Origin: Balanoglossus misakiensis
Taxonomy: Eukaryota; Animalia; Hemichordata
Direction: 5' to 3'
Assembly: GCA_040954595.2 (NCBI GenBank)
Contig: CM082585.2
Span: 2,944,902 to 3,008,901, forward strand
DNA: 64,000 bases
The notes below the pieces were generated by a model that was given only the letters and a program-made list of their open reading frames with translations, did not search any database and was not told where the DNA came from. The position numbers were made by a program, and so were the translations under genes. Shown here in pieces: positions 14,318-24,900 of this stretch; position 1 is the first letter of the stretch, and each line of letters begins with the position of its first letter.

Positions 14318-14533
14318 GTTGCCCAAATGGTTGGGTATTCGACCAAACCGCAGGCATGTGCTACCTGTTTCATACCGAAGAGATGACAAATCCACAGGCC
14401 AAAGAGTTCTGTGCGTCAACAAGTTCAACACTGGTAGTGTTAAAATCCCCGTCTAAGTTTAGCAGTTTCAACCAATTGAAACCATTCAATCAATACTGGA
14501 TTGGGCTAGTACTGGATTGGGCTAGAGCGAGAT
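14318..14533 (+). CDS. C-type lectin domain, N-terminal half
   Basis: CPNGW..MCY..AKEFC..LV..YWIGL, with a tttcag acceptor and GTGAGT donor. Confidence 0.85.
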
Positions 14534-14709
14534 GTGAGTACATTTATCCTTTTAGTGGATGAGCTGGACAAGTATTGGTTTGCCATCACTGGCGAGAGTT
14601 GATTATCATTCGAGTACGTTGGTGGCCCTGGTTTTCAACTTATTGAGATAATCGGAGAACATTATTTCCTTTTACGTTATAATAACTGCCTTTTGAGTGT
14701 GCTAATTAA

Positions 14710-15444
14710 GGTGGCATTGCATGAAACCGTCGAGACTTTTTCAGAGGCCCATTTCTCATCGAAGACAAAGTTAAAACCCCCATAAACCATATATATTCTG
14801 GAAGCTGAGATTTTGAACTTTTGTTTGAGTTGCAAATATTATTGATCCCCGGAAATTGTGGCGATTTTGGGTGAAAAAAAAACATTTTTTGATATTATGT
14901 CATGAAATTTAAAATAGGTAAAAAAGTTGACCATGCATCATGCATCTTAATATGTCATTCGAAACTAGAGTACACGTGCAAAAAAACGGTAATTTTGTTT
15001 TGCGTTATCTGCTTCCATTGAGGAGTAACAGCGTTTGAAAGTTAGATTTTTAGTAAAATTTGATCAAATTCACGGTGAGTTGTATTGAATCAGAGTTTAT
15101 TCCCGCCAGGGACACTTTATCGACTAACAAAAATACCGTTTTGTTGGATGGGTCATACACAATCCCCAGTTAAAATTTGAGCAAATTCGGCCAACGCAGA
15201 GCGAAGCTATTTTCGTCTGAAGTTGTCAAGAGCAGCGAAAATGCAAACTGAGGAAAACGGCCATTTGCATTGTTGACACCTATTTGTTAAGCTAAGAACT
15301 CATGCAGAAAAGTGCTATTTTGGGATGATTATGCACCATTTCCGCCAAGACGTATTAGTCAGGGTGTGGGTCAGTATAAGGCCTACCGATTTATGTAAAA
15401 AAGTAAAATTTGGCAAAAATCACAACTTTTCATGCAATGCCACC
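14710..15444. mobile_element. Non-autonomous TIR element with TTAA TSD (Kolobok-like), copy 1
   Basis: TTAA|GGTGGCATTGCATGAAA...TTTCATGCAATGCCACC|TTAA. A highly similar inverted copy lies at 27996-28727. Confidence 0.9.
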
Positions 15445-16035
15445 TTAAGATGGGTGTGTAATTTCTTTACCCTGAATTACAACACCACATTTAATGACAC
15501 CTGCTGCAGATACACCAATCCCAGACTACAACGCACACATCCCATTGAGAGCATTCTGAAACGTTCTTGATTACACAGCATGTAATTTCGAATGTTATTC
15601 AAAATTTGAAGTCTGTTAACTCTGTCGGACCTGGTAACTTACTAGGGGAAATTTATAAAGCACCAAATCATAGATTATTGTCCAATTTAACTATTTCGTT
15701 TCCAACGGCAAGGGCTAACGCAATAATAGGCCAAAATCTTATCTTCTGTTTTGAATAATTGACCGGCCTATTGGCCTATCAAAAGCCTTTGAAAAAATCT
15801 ACAAAACACAGGCTGGTTTTATACGTGACTATTCTACTAATGATAATATATTAATTATTCAGTCTATTGTTCAGAAATATCTGACTATATAAAACGTGGT
15901 AGAATTTTTATTGTGCTTTAGTTGGGTGCTTTTTACAAAGGCTTTCTACACGTTACAGAAAGACAAAGACTGTGGTATATTTTGTTAAAGTGGGATAGGC
16001 TACATTGAAATTATTACAATCCTTTTTCATCATAG

Positions 16036-16222
16036 GTTGGTCACTCTGGTCAATTTCGTTGGATAACCGGTGAAATCGCAGAAGTAGACGCTGACTACTG
16101 GGGTACCGGTGAACCAAATAATTATGGCGGTGATGAAGAGTGTGTAGCTGTGCGCGCAAACGGCAAATTGAACGATAGAGGTTGTCTATATACGGCTCAT
16201 CCTGCGTGCAAAAGGACAAAAG
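16036..16222 (+). CDS. C-type lectin domain, C-terminal half (EPN type)
   Basis: FRWITGE..YWGTGEPNNYGGDEECV..KLNDRGC...ACK, phase 0 to phase 1. Confidence 0.88.
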
Positions 16223-17059
16223 GTTGGCAAAATATGTTTGATTAAGGATGTATGCCTCCGGGAAAGATTTCCGAGAAACAGTATCGTCCTCAAAACATTT
16301 CAATGGTTTGCTATATTAAAGTGTGCAGAGAGTATTATTGAAGAAAACTAGGGTGTTCATCAAATTTTAATTTTTCCAATACACTGAACATTGACTCTGA
16401 GATTTTAAATTTTAAATATACGAAATTGTGGACTATCTCATCAATGGAACGGACGACTGACTGCCTGCATTATGTGCAAACCAGCGTTATAAAAAGCTGA
16501 TGTCTCACAGGAAAATGCAAGGTCTAATAGAAAAAGTAATATAAAATATGAACATCAAGTTAAAAGGAGGGGGTCGTCGCGCCGCGAGGGTGTGCCCCTT
16601 GATGAGAATATGTCCTCTCATACAAGCGCAAACCCCACTGCAGTCGCCACGATCTACTAGATATAGGATCTTCAGTTGCTGCCATGCCCAGTCTAAGCTA
16701 AGGTTGACTGCTTCGTTCATTCTATAAGAATTGTCTAATTTCAGGGATTTGTGGATGAATTGTAATGGTTATAAACAACAAACACGGTGCGACGACCCCT
16801 TCACTCTAAAAGAGCATAGAACGCGATTGTAACTACGTTGTGATAATACGATCTTAGGTGTGGCCCGATAATAATTATATTTAACTCTTCTATTGATTTT
16901 TCCAAAAAAATTATGAAAACAAAAAAAAACGTATCATTAAGAGTGCGACAAAAGTACAGACTCAGTATTTCCTAATAACATTTTAGACACCAAAACTTAA
17001 AAGTGGGATTGCACCACCATGTTTTCTCTTTATTTTAGTATGGAAAATTCATTGATATA

Positions 17060-17366
17060 CAAACGTTCTGCCAATGATTTTAAACTCAACACTTTCGTGA
17101 CCAATACAAGAAAGTATGGTGACAGGGCTTTCTGTTCTGCAGCCGTATGTTTATGGAACCAGCTTCCAGTGAATATTCGTTCTTGTAACAATTTTTATAC
17201 TTTTAAACATATGCTTTAAACACACCTTTTTAATTTGGCTTAGATTTTATTTTGTTGTTATCCTTTTTTGTGTTGTACCTTTTCTGCGGCTGAGATCCCC
17301 TTTTTTTGTGGAGTTTGCCGCTTCATAAATAAATTATTATTTTTATTATTATTATTATTATTATTA
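17060..17366 (+). mobile_element. 3' end of an L2-clade LINE
   Basis: GDRAFCSAAVCLWNQLPVNIR...FK.ML*THLF, then AATAAA and an (ATT)n tail. Confidence 0.75.
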
Positions 17367-18962
17367 CCAGTTAAGGGGTTTAAAGAATTATATAAACAAT
17401 TTATCAATTTAATAAGCGCGGGCTGATTTTCTGTACAATCATTCCTGATTCTTCAGATTCATTATTTAGCGCTAAAGACATCATTTATCAAAGTGGCCTA
17501 TATCTAAAATTGCAGACGTTTCAACGCTTTCGGTTAGAGATTTTCTACATATTCACAAAAAGATCACGGGTATTGTTAACACTATTTAAAACCTTGTTAC
17601 CCGGTGAGTCTGGTGGCGTGTGTACGACAGATCTGAAACTTCTCTCGAAAGCCACAGGAGTTGGAGACCGAGTTTATTTATGTACAACATTGTAGCAATT
17701 TTTCGTATGTTTGCGCGCGCTCTGGAATCACGCGATGTCAACTGAGTGTGAACATCTGAGTGTGAACGAGCTGTTTCGCGTTGTGTCGTCTGCCTAGTTT
17801 TCGTGGCTAAAACGACAGGAATAATACCCCAGTTGGCATTAGAACTGCACATATCATGAGATTTGAGCGCCATAGAAACCGCAGATATCGTGGAACAGGA
17901 AGGTTAGTGTTAAAATCATTGTTTTTAATCGAAGTATTGACCTCTGAGTCATGTGAGTTATGCTGCGTTTGTGTCAGTGTCAAACGGACGCAATGTTTAC
18001 ACGGCAGCTAAATAGAATCGGGGAAATGAAGACATGTTAGCACGATACTTTGGATTTCGTGTTATTATTTCTCGGGAATTTTATTGTTTTCTCAGACGAG
18101 GTGACAGGAAAGACACACGAGGCATCTCGCGGTTCCGTTTTCAATGTTGAATTTTATGTTTTGACTGCATTTGCGTGTCAGCTGACAGGTCTTCGCATTC
18201 ATCCGAAGCTATCGTGCGTCGCTGAGATTTGATTCTTCATAAACGAACATTATTTCATAACCATACCAAATAAAACATTTCCAGAAATTTAGAAGTTTGT
18301 AGACTTTTCTGCTAGTTGTCTATTTACTAGTGTTGAAGTCACGCTGAACTGCCAAATTTAACACAGACTCGCCGTCAACACTCGAACAGTGTGTACTTCT
18401 TCTACGAGTGTGTCCTGTAACTGCCTTATTTCGATAACCATTCAACAACAAATAGACGGTAAACGTTTATGCAATACCAATGGATTTATGTTTTAAAACT
18501 GGTCGACAGTCAGGAAATATGCATGAACAATCAATTGATTGGATTCCCCAGCGATACTATTGTATCTTGTGATTTTTTGTAGTGAAACTGGAAATCGGCA
18601 GGCTGCATTGCCATTTGTTCTGCAAATGCGCAGTTCCTCTGTCTTGAAAGAAAAGTCAAATATCACCAACTTATAAATGTGCATTCGGAAAATAAACCCT
18701 AAATGTTTTCTTTGTGACCAAAAATACTGCCAGTGTGATTTTGTGTTCAAATCTAACCTATTATTATTTAAATTGACTTGTGATACCCTCTCTTAGCACA
18801 AAAAGCATAATTTCAGCCCCAAAATGGTTGCCATAGAAACATGTGATCACTAAACGGATATCATTTTTGTTCTTTTTGAGCCAAGATACCCTTATGGTGA
18901 AATTTTTGTGGAAATCGGACCTATTATTATTAAAATTATTATTTTTATATAATTCTTTATTT

Positions 18963-18963
18963 A

Positions 18964-19020
<57 letters not shown>
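18963..19020. repeat. (ATT)n microsatellite
   Basis: Seen directly in the sequence. Confidence 0.95.
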
Positions 19021-19021
<1 letters not shown>

Positions 19022-19244
19022 TAAACAAATTAATCGGGAAAATGCAATATTTTAAATTTTAAGTAGACCGTACCTTAATATCAGACTCTAAATCTACTTA
19101 ATATTTGGGCACGGTACTAGACTACGTAATTGTGGTGTACAAAATCGTACACTTGTACATGTGTGCAAGGTTTCACATTTAGTAGAAAGTCTCCATTGAA
19201 ACTTCACAAAACTATTTACGATGAAATTATCTCTGATCTTCCAG

Positions 19245-19484
19245 AGAGTACAGCTCCTGTGCTAAGCAACTGCCCCGGTGACCAAGTTGTAAAGACGTAC
19301 GAGAGCTCGATGAGCGTGACATGGCTGCTGCCAACAGCTACAGACGACGGAGAGTCCAGCGTCGCTGTAACTTGCGAACCCGACACAGGGACAATTTTCA
19401 ACATCGGTACGAAGCTGGTAACGTGTGCAGCAGTGGATGGCTGTGACAATGAAGCAAACTGTTCCTTTACTGTGACGTTTGAAG
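19245..19484 (+). CDS. HYR domain exon
   Basis: APVLSNCPGD..VTWLLPTATD..VTCEPDTGTIFNIGTKLVTCAAVDGCDNEANCSFTVT, 240 nt, phase 1-1. Confidence 0.9.
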
Positions 19485-19809
19485 GTATGACACTTGTCCA
19501 ATTTTAGGCTGGGTGGAAAACCTATGTAATGCAGGGCCTGCGAAGAAAATCTAAACCAGGTCGTATAGAATCCACATAATATTAGTTATCACATACACAA
19601 TCTCCACGTACATGTATTACCATAGTATGACGTCAGCAATAGGGTAATATGGAGCAAGCTATATTGTTATTACCATACTTCTGACGTCATCAATAGAACT
19701 TCTTAAAACTTGTCAACAAAGTCCTCTTCAGCGTGATCAATTAATATGCACTGTTATGTTTGTATGAAAGAATTGCGACCCTATAATGAATTCACACGTT
19801 TGTTTGCAG

Positions 19810-19863
19810 CTTGTCATAACGAACCTCCATTCGGTGGCCATTGTGAAGTGAACCATGAAACTG
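19810..19863 (+). CDS. REJ-like domain micro-exon
   Basis: NEPPFGGHCEV matches the N-x-PP-x-GG-x-C motif of REJ modules. 54 nt, phase 1-1, good splice sites. Confidence 0.75.
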
Positions 19864-20229
19864 GTAAGGCGGTTAATGGTTATCCCTGTAACATTTTGAC
19901 ATCTTTGGAAACTAACTATTCATGATACTGAGAAACATTTTTCGTATTCGTAAATGTTTCCAGCGTAGAAAGTCTAGATTTTGGAACGATCATCATGCTG
20001 TAGATATGTCTCATTGGTAGAAAATAAATACGGTGGCCCTCATGGACAATCAGGAAACACCTAATGTCTGGCAGGCGATATGACAACCCGAATACCGAAG
20101 CTTTATACATTGATGCAGGAACTTGCTTGTCAGATGCTATGAGTCTAAGTAGCCAACATGCAGTCATCGCCATACCCTGTGCTATCTATCCCTCTTATCA
20201 TCGGATGATGTTTATATTCTTGTCCAAAG

Positions 20230-20489
20230 GTGCTGTCCTGGATGAGTTCTATGCAACGTGCTTTGATTGGACAGACGAAGGAAACACCACGCTGCAGTGT
20301 TCAGAGTCCCGCGCTGACACCAACAACAATGCTGTGGGGTTGACATATGAACTCAGAGCCAGCCATACGCCCTCAGACGCAGTTGGCCAAATTGTGTACA
20401 TCAGTGCCAATTCATCATTTCCTGTGCGATTGCTCTTTCAAATCGTCGACATGTATGGCGACTATGCAACGTATAATCTTGACACACAG
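20230..20489 (+). CDS. REJ-like domain exon
   Basis: GAVLDEFYATCFDWTD...LTYEL...QIVDMYG resembles the REJ pattern F-x-x-x-C-x-x-W-x-D...L-x-Y...V-x-D-x-x-G. Confidence 0.7.
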
Positions 20490-21863
20490 GTGTGTGAGAC
20501 ACACTCACTTTCTTACATATTATTTTTAAAATTCACAACTCACCACTCTCGGCTAGTCTTGGTGATATAAATGCACGATTGTGTGTCACACAGCGGGAAA
20601 TTATAATAATGCCGCACAAATCTGATTGAAACTCCCCTTTGAAGCAACGGTTGAGGTAATGATAAAACAGCAACTAGTCTTCAATATAATAGATATCAAT
20701 TCACTGGTCAAATAAAATCGAATTTTCACTCCGCTCTTTTTTGAGATAATCTTCGTTAAATAGTTTAGCCATAGACAAACCACTTGCGAAAAAATGACTC
20801 AGCAGTTTTCGCGAATTGCCGTCTAAATTTATGGGCCTTGTATTTTTGAAAGGAACGCGGCAACCCCTATATTCTTTTACGGTTTGTTATTATACTTGCA
20901 GATGTGAAACCAAAAATCGACAATCAAAAGAAATGACAAAACTTTCAATGTTTCTGATCGTACATCCTTAAATGTCATTCCAGCAAATTTGAAAAATATG
21001 TTGTCGATAAGGAAGTATATTAATCACTTCCACATCAGCGTAATTGCATTTGGCATCAAAGTTATTACTAAAGTATCCTTAGTAGCGATTGATGACAATG
21101 TGTAGCAAAATGCATCTGCCTGATTTGCTGTAGGCCTAAAACATCACCGGCAAAACGGGGATTATCGGCATATCACCTATCAAGAGCGTGCCACGCCCGT
21201 GAATGTAAGCCTTATGCCTCAGTGATACAGGAGATACTGTAGGATATGCCATATGTTACGGATCTGCGAATGGAAACACAGTTACGAATATCAGTGTCAT
21301 CAGCGTCTATGCTGCTTTAAAACTGTGAATGTTGGAACAGGTCCTATCAGCTGTTAAACGTGTTTACCCCCCAGATATGTTGTTTGGTCAGGAATTGAGG
21401 CTATGATTCAAAGAATCATTTGTCGTTAGAAAATGCTCACGTTACTGATCTCTGAGCGTATAGTATGATATCTTATTGGTCACACCCATATCATTGTTTG
21501 CTGGCATCTGTCTGGCTAATTCAGTAGCAAGACTGTCGTTGGATTAGTCACAGGTCAGGCTGTACGGTGTGCTACGCCAGTTCCTGAATGACGAAACGGA
21601 GCAGGTAAGAAAACGTTTCTGTCTCGGATTAACTTTGACCATCTCTTCAAGGTCTTTGCTTAAACTGTTACAAACGTTCATCGGGTACTTCACTGGCACT
21701 TTGTAGTTCGGACAAGTTACCATAGCATAATCTATTGTCGGAAATAATAGACGAAAATTAAATATTATATTTATAGTCTTCCCAAATTGAGCAGGGTAGA
21801 ACACAGGATAATAACGTTGTTTTCGCCGATTTCCCTTTCTTGTCGATAGGATATATCATTTAT

Positions 21864-21945
21864 ATGACTATGGAATATCAAACTGCTGCATGGATGATGT
21901 GCCTGCTGGTCGCCTTTACCAGAACAGAATGGACTGATCACAAAG
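21864..21945 (+). CDS. Putative signal-peptide exon of the GPCR (GC donor)
   Basis: [27 protein letters not shown] ending AAAG|GCACGT in phase 1, which matches the next exon. Confidence 0.45.
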
Positions 21946-24900
21946 GCACGTTTCAAACATCAAGTAGTATGTGGAGGGGGAGTGTGAGAGGGTGAGAGAG
22001 AGGGAGACAGAGAGAGGGGAGTGGGAGAGAGAGGGAGACAGATGGAGAGCGAGAGAGATAGAGAAAAGGTGAAGGGAGAGGAGAGAGGAAGAGAGAAAAA
22101 ATAACAGAGGGAGAGGAAGGAAGAGAGGATGAGAGAGTGACAGACAGATACAAACAAGAAACATACGCATATACATTGTATCTCTGAAAAGCCTGTTATC
22201 CGAACTACGCATTCTTGGTCTGACGATCTTAGAATAGTTGACCGCAATTAAGTTAGTGGTTTGCAAAGATCGTACTAGTCCTCCCTGCATTCGCACCAGG
22301 CTGTCCATGTGGCACGACTTTGTAAGTTTTTTTTTCTTCTCGACCCGCAGAATGCTGGATAAAAAAGTCGGGGAGAAACCCTTGTAATCAGGGCACCTTT
22401 CTTGCGAAACATCTGTGCGAACTAGCTGGCTGTTGTTGGGACGCCACGACAAGGATATCTTCCCAAAAATGTTTCAGCCCACACGATGACAACAAAGGTA
22501 AAGTACTGCTCAACTATTAAATAATAAGATGGTTGAATGGCATATTTTTGGAGATATGAATTTATTTCTATGCATGTTTATCCAGATTTAACAGTTAGAA
22601 GCAAGATGTATGTGTCAGATTCAAAGGTCTAGAAATCAAATATTCAACCCAGCGATCTGTTGCTCTTCTGAACCATCAGTAAGTTTAGATTAGGAATAGC
22701 GTTCATGTATGACTCCCCTGAATACAAAATAACGTTAGGCCAGTCCATGTTTATGTTAGACTCTCTCACAGCCCCTCTCGCCGTCCATGCGGGCTCATAG
22801 TCTGATTGCATGTGTGCCCGGCGAGAGGGGCTGTTAACACTATTTTTCTCTATTTTATTTTCGATCTTTCGATTGACTAATCCAAATCCCGCCCTGGATT
22901 TTGCATTTTCTCTGCCATTGGTCCATGCTCTTGAGATTGATCTTTGTGTTTACAAGATCCAAAGCACTTCTACTGTCTATGATTGCAGACTCCCCATGGT
23001 TAACCAGATACTAGTTTCACTTACATTACGCAACAATGCATTCTATTGCTGTGAACACTTGTAAACGATCTCTTTCACACCACAATGTTTAGCTTACAGC
23101 ATATTCAAGCGACTGGCGTATTTGCAAAAAAAATCAATGTAAAATCGGCAGTTTGAGAGAACAAGTTTGGCATAACCTGTCTAATTTTGCCATATAAATC
23201 TGCTGCTTGTGATTAAGTTTGGACATAGCCTGGTGGCACTTTGTACCGTACAGTGAAATTAAGAATTGGTTGGTTTCATTGGGGTTCATCCTGCCTACAT
23301 GGCCATGGTAGACTAAACCTCACAATGTTGTTTTATTCTTTTACATTTCATGAATAAAACGTATGTAGTTGTCTTTATCTAGTGTAAAACCACCACTGTC
23401 TTTTATCTGGTAGGAATGTTATGCTGTTTGGATAGTAAGGGGACTTGTTGTTTGTCCCAAGGGGATTTAAATTAGTATACATCTGGTATCAGGTTTACCC
23501 ATATTCGCTAGAGCAGATCTGTCAATCTTGGTACTCAGGAAACCCCTTCTCCATCACATCGGGCAGGAATCTTGCCCAATGTGCTCAGACGCTTAGCCAA
23601 TCAGAAAAATCGAAAATATATTCCCAAAAATAAGTGTTAACAGCCCTAAGGTTCGCTACACAACACCAAACGGTGCTTCTCCCTTGCCAAACGGTTGAGG
23701 GCGCGTCAGTGAAGAGCCTTGTTGTAGCGAACCGTGGGCTGTGAGAGAGTCTAATGGTTATGTGTGCCTTTCCTGTGATGCTTTACCCCTTGTCCTTTTC
23801 CTCTTCCTGGCAGTGACAGTTAACATAGCTTTGAACAAGTTCGTCCAATATTCTTTGGGCAACGGCTGGAGTACGGTCGACGGGCGCTATCCGACAGACC
23901 CCAACGCGGAAGAGACCAGCATGGTCAGTTGGGAAGGTCGGGGCGGGCTTACCACAGAGAAAGAAGTGCGAAATCTGGCTCTGCAGTACTGGGACTATGT
24001 GGACAATTTCTCAGAGAACTGCCATATAATCATGGGCTATTACAACGAAAGCAAGTACATTGGCCTATATAATGTTGTTATTGATCTCCACCGGATGTAC
24101 AACGTCTACCTTGTGCGTTTTTGCATCAGAGAAGCTGACCGTAAGCTATCATTTCCATCTGTCACCATCGCTAACTGAAACTATTTTAGCATGCATTAAT
24201 TTTGATGTGCCAAACATCATCTCACTTGCAAAGTCTCAACATTCGTGATTACATTTTTGAAAGAACAGATGTCTTATTCCTGAAATGAAACAAGTGACCT
24301 ATCGGTCAAAAGAGCTCTGCTGACTTTAAAAGTGTAACGTGGGCAATGATATGAATACCCTAGGTTTTAATTCATAACAATTGTATTATATTGAACAAAA
24401 CAAAACATAGACTTTAAAAGTATTTATCAAAATTCAGCTTGATTCATTGTGCTAAAGAAAGAAAGAATTGAATCCTAAAGAACAACATCAAAAGGAAGCA
24501 CCAAGGTTCTAATTTGCATATTCATGACCCCATCAAAATTCCAATTAACAAAATCAGGTAGGGGCACCATAATACACATTCCTACCAAATTTCAGCTCCA
24601 TCGTACATGTAGTTATGGAAAAGAAGATTTTTTACCAAAAAATCTATTTTTAGATCTTATTTGCATATTTATGACCCCATCATATCCAAAAATTCTATTT
24701 TGATCTAATTTGCATATTCACGACCCCATCAAATCCAAATTTACAAAATCAGGTAGGGGCACCATAACACACATTCCTACCAAATTTCAGCTCCATCGTA
24801 CATGTAGTTACGGAGAAGAAGATTTTTACCAAAACTTCTAATTTTAGATCTAATTTGCATATTCATGACCCCATCAAATCCAAATTAACAAAATCAGTTA

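Larger units (their letters stand above)
12387..20489 (+). pseudogene. Secreted C-type lectin-HYR-REJ gene (polycystin/REJ-like fragment), frameshifted in this copy
   Basis: Exons 12387-12477, 14318-14533, 16036-16222, 19245-19484, 19810-19863 and 20230-20489 with GT-AG boundaries. Phases are consistent except for a 16-bp duplication in exon 2. Confidence 0.65.

Noticed and set aside
16570-16799. 15-bp imperfect inverted repeat ggggtcgtcgcgccg
   Set aside because: No TSD or second copy, so too weak to call a MITE.
18843-19055. Poly-tyrosine ORF
   Set aside because: Translation of the (TAT)n microsatellite.
21916-22452. Minus-strand Ser/Leu-rich ORFs
   Set aside because: Artefacts of the GA tract, antisense to real exons.
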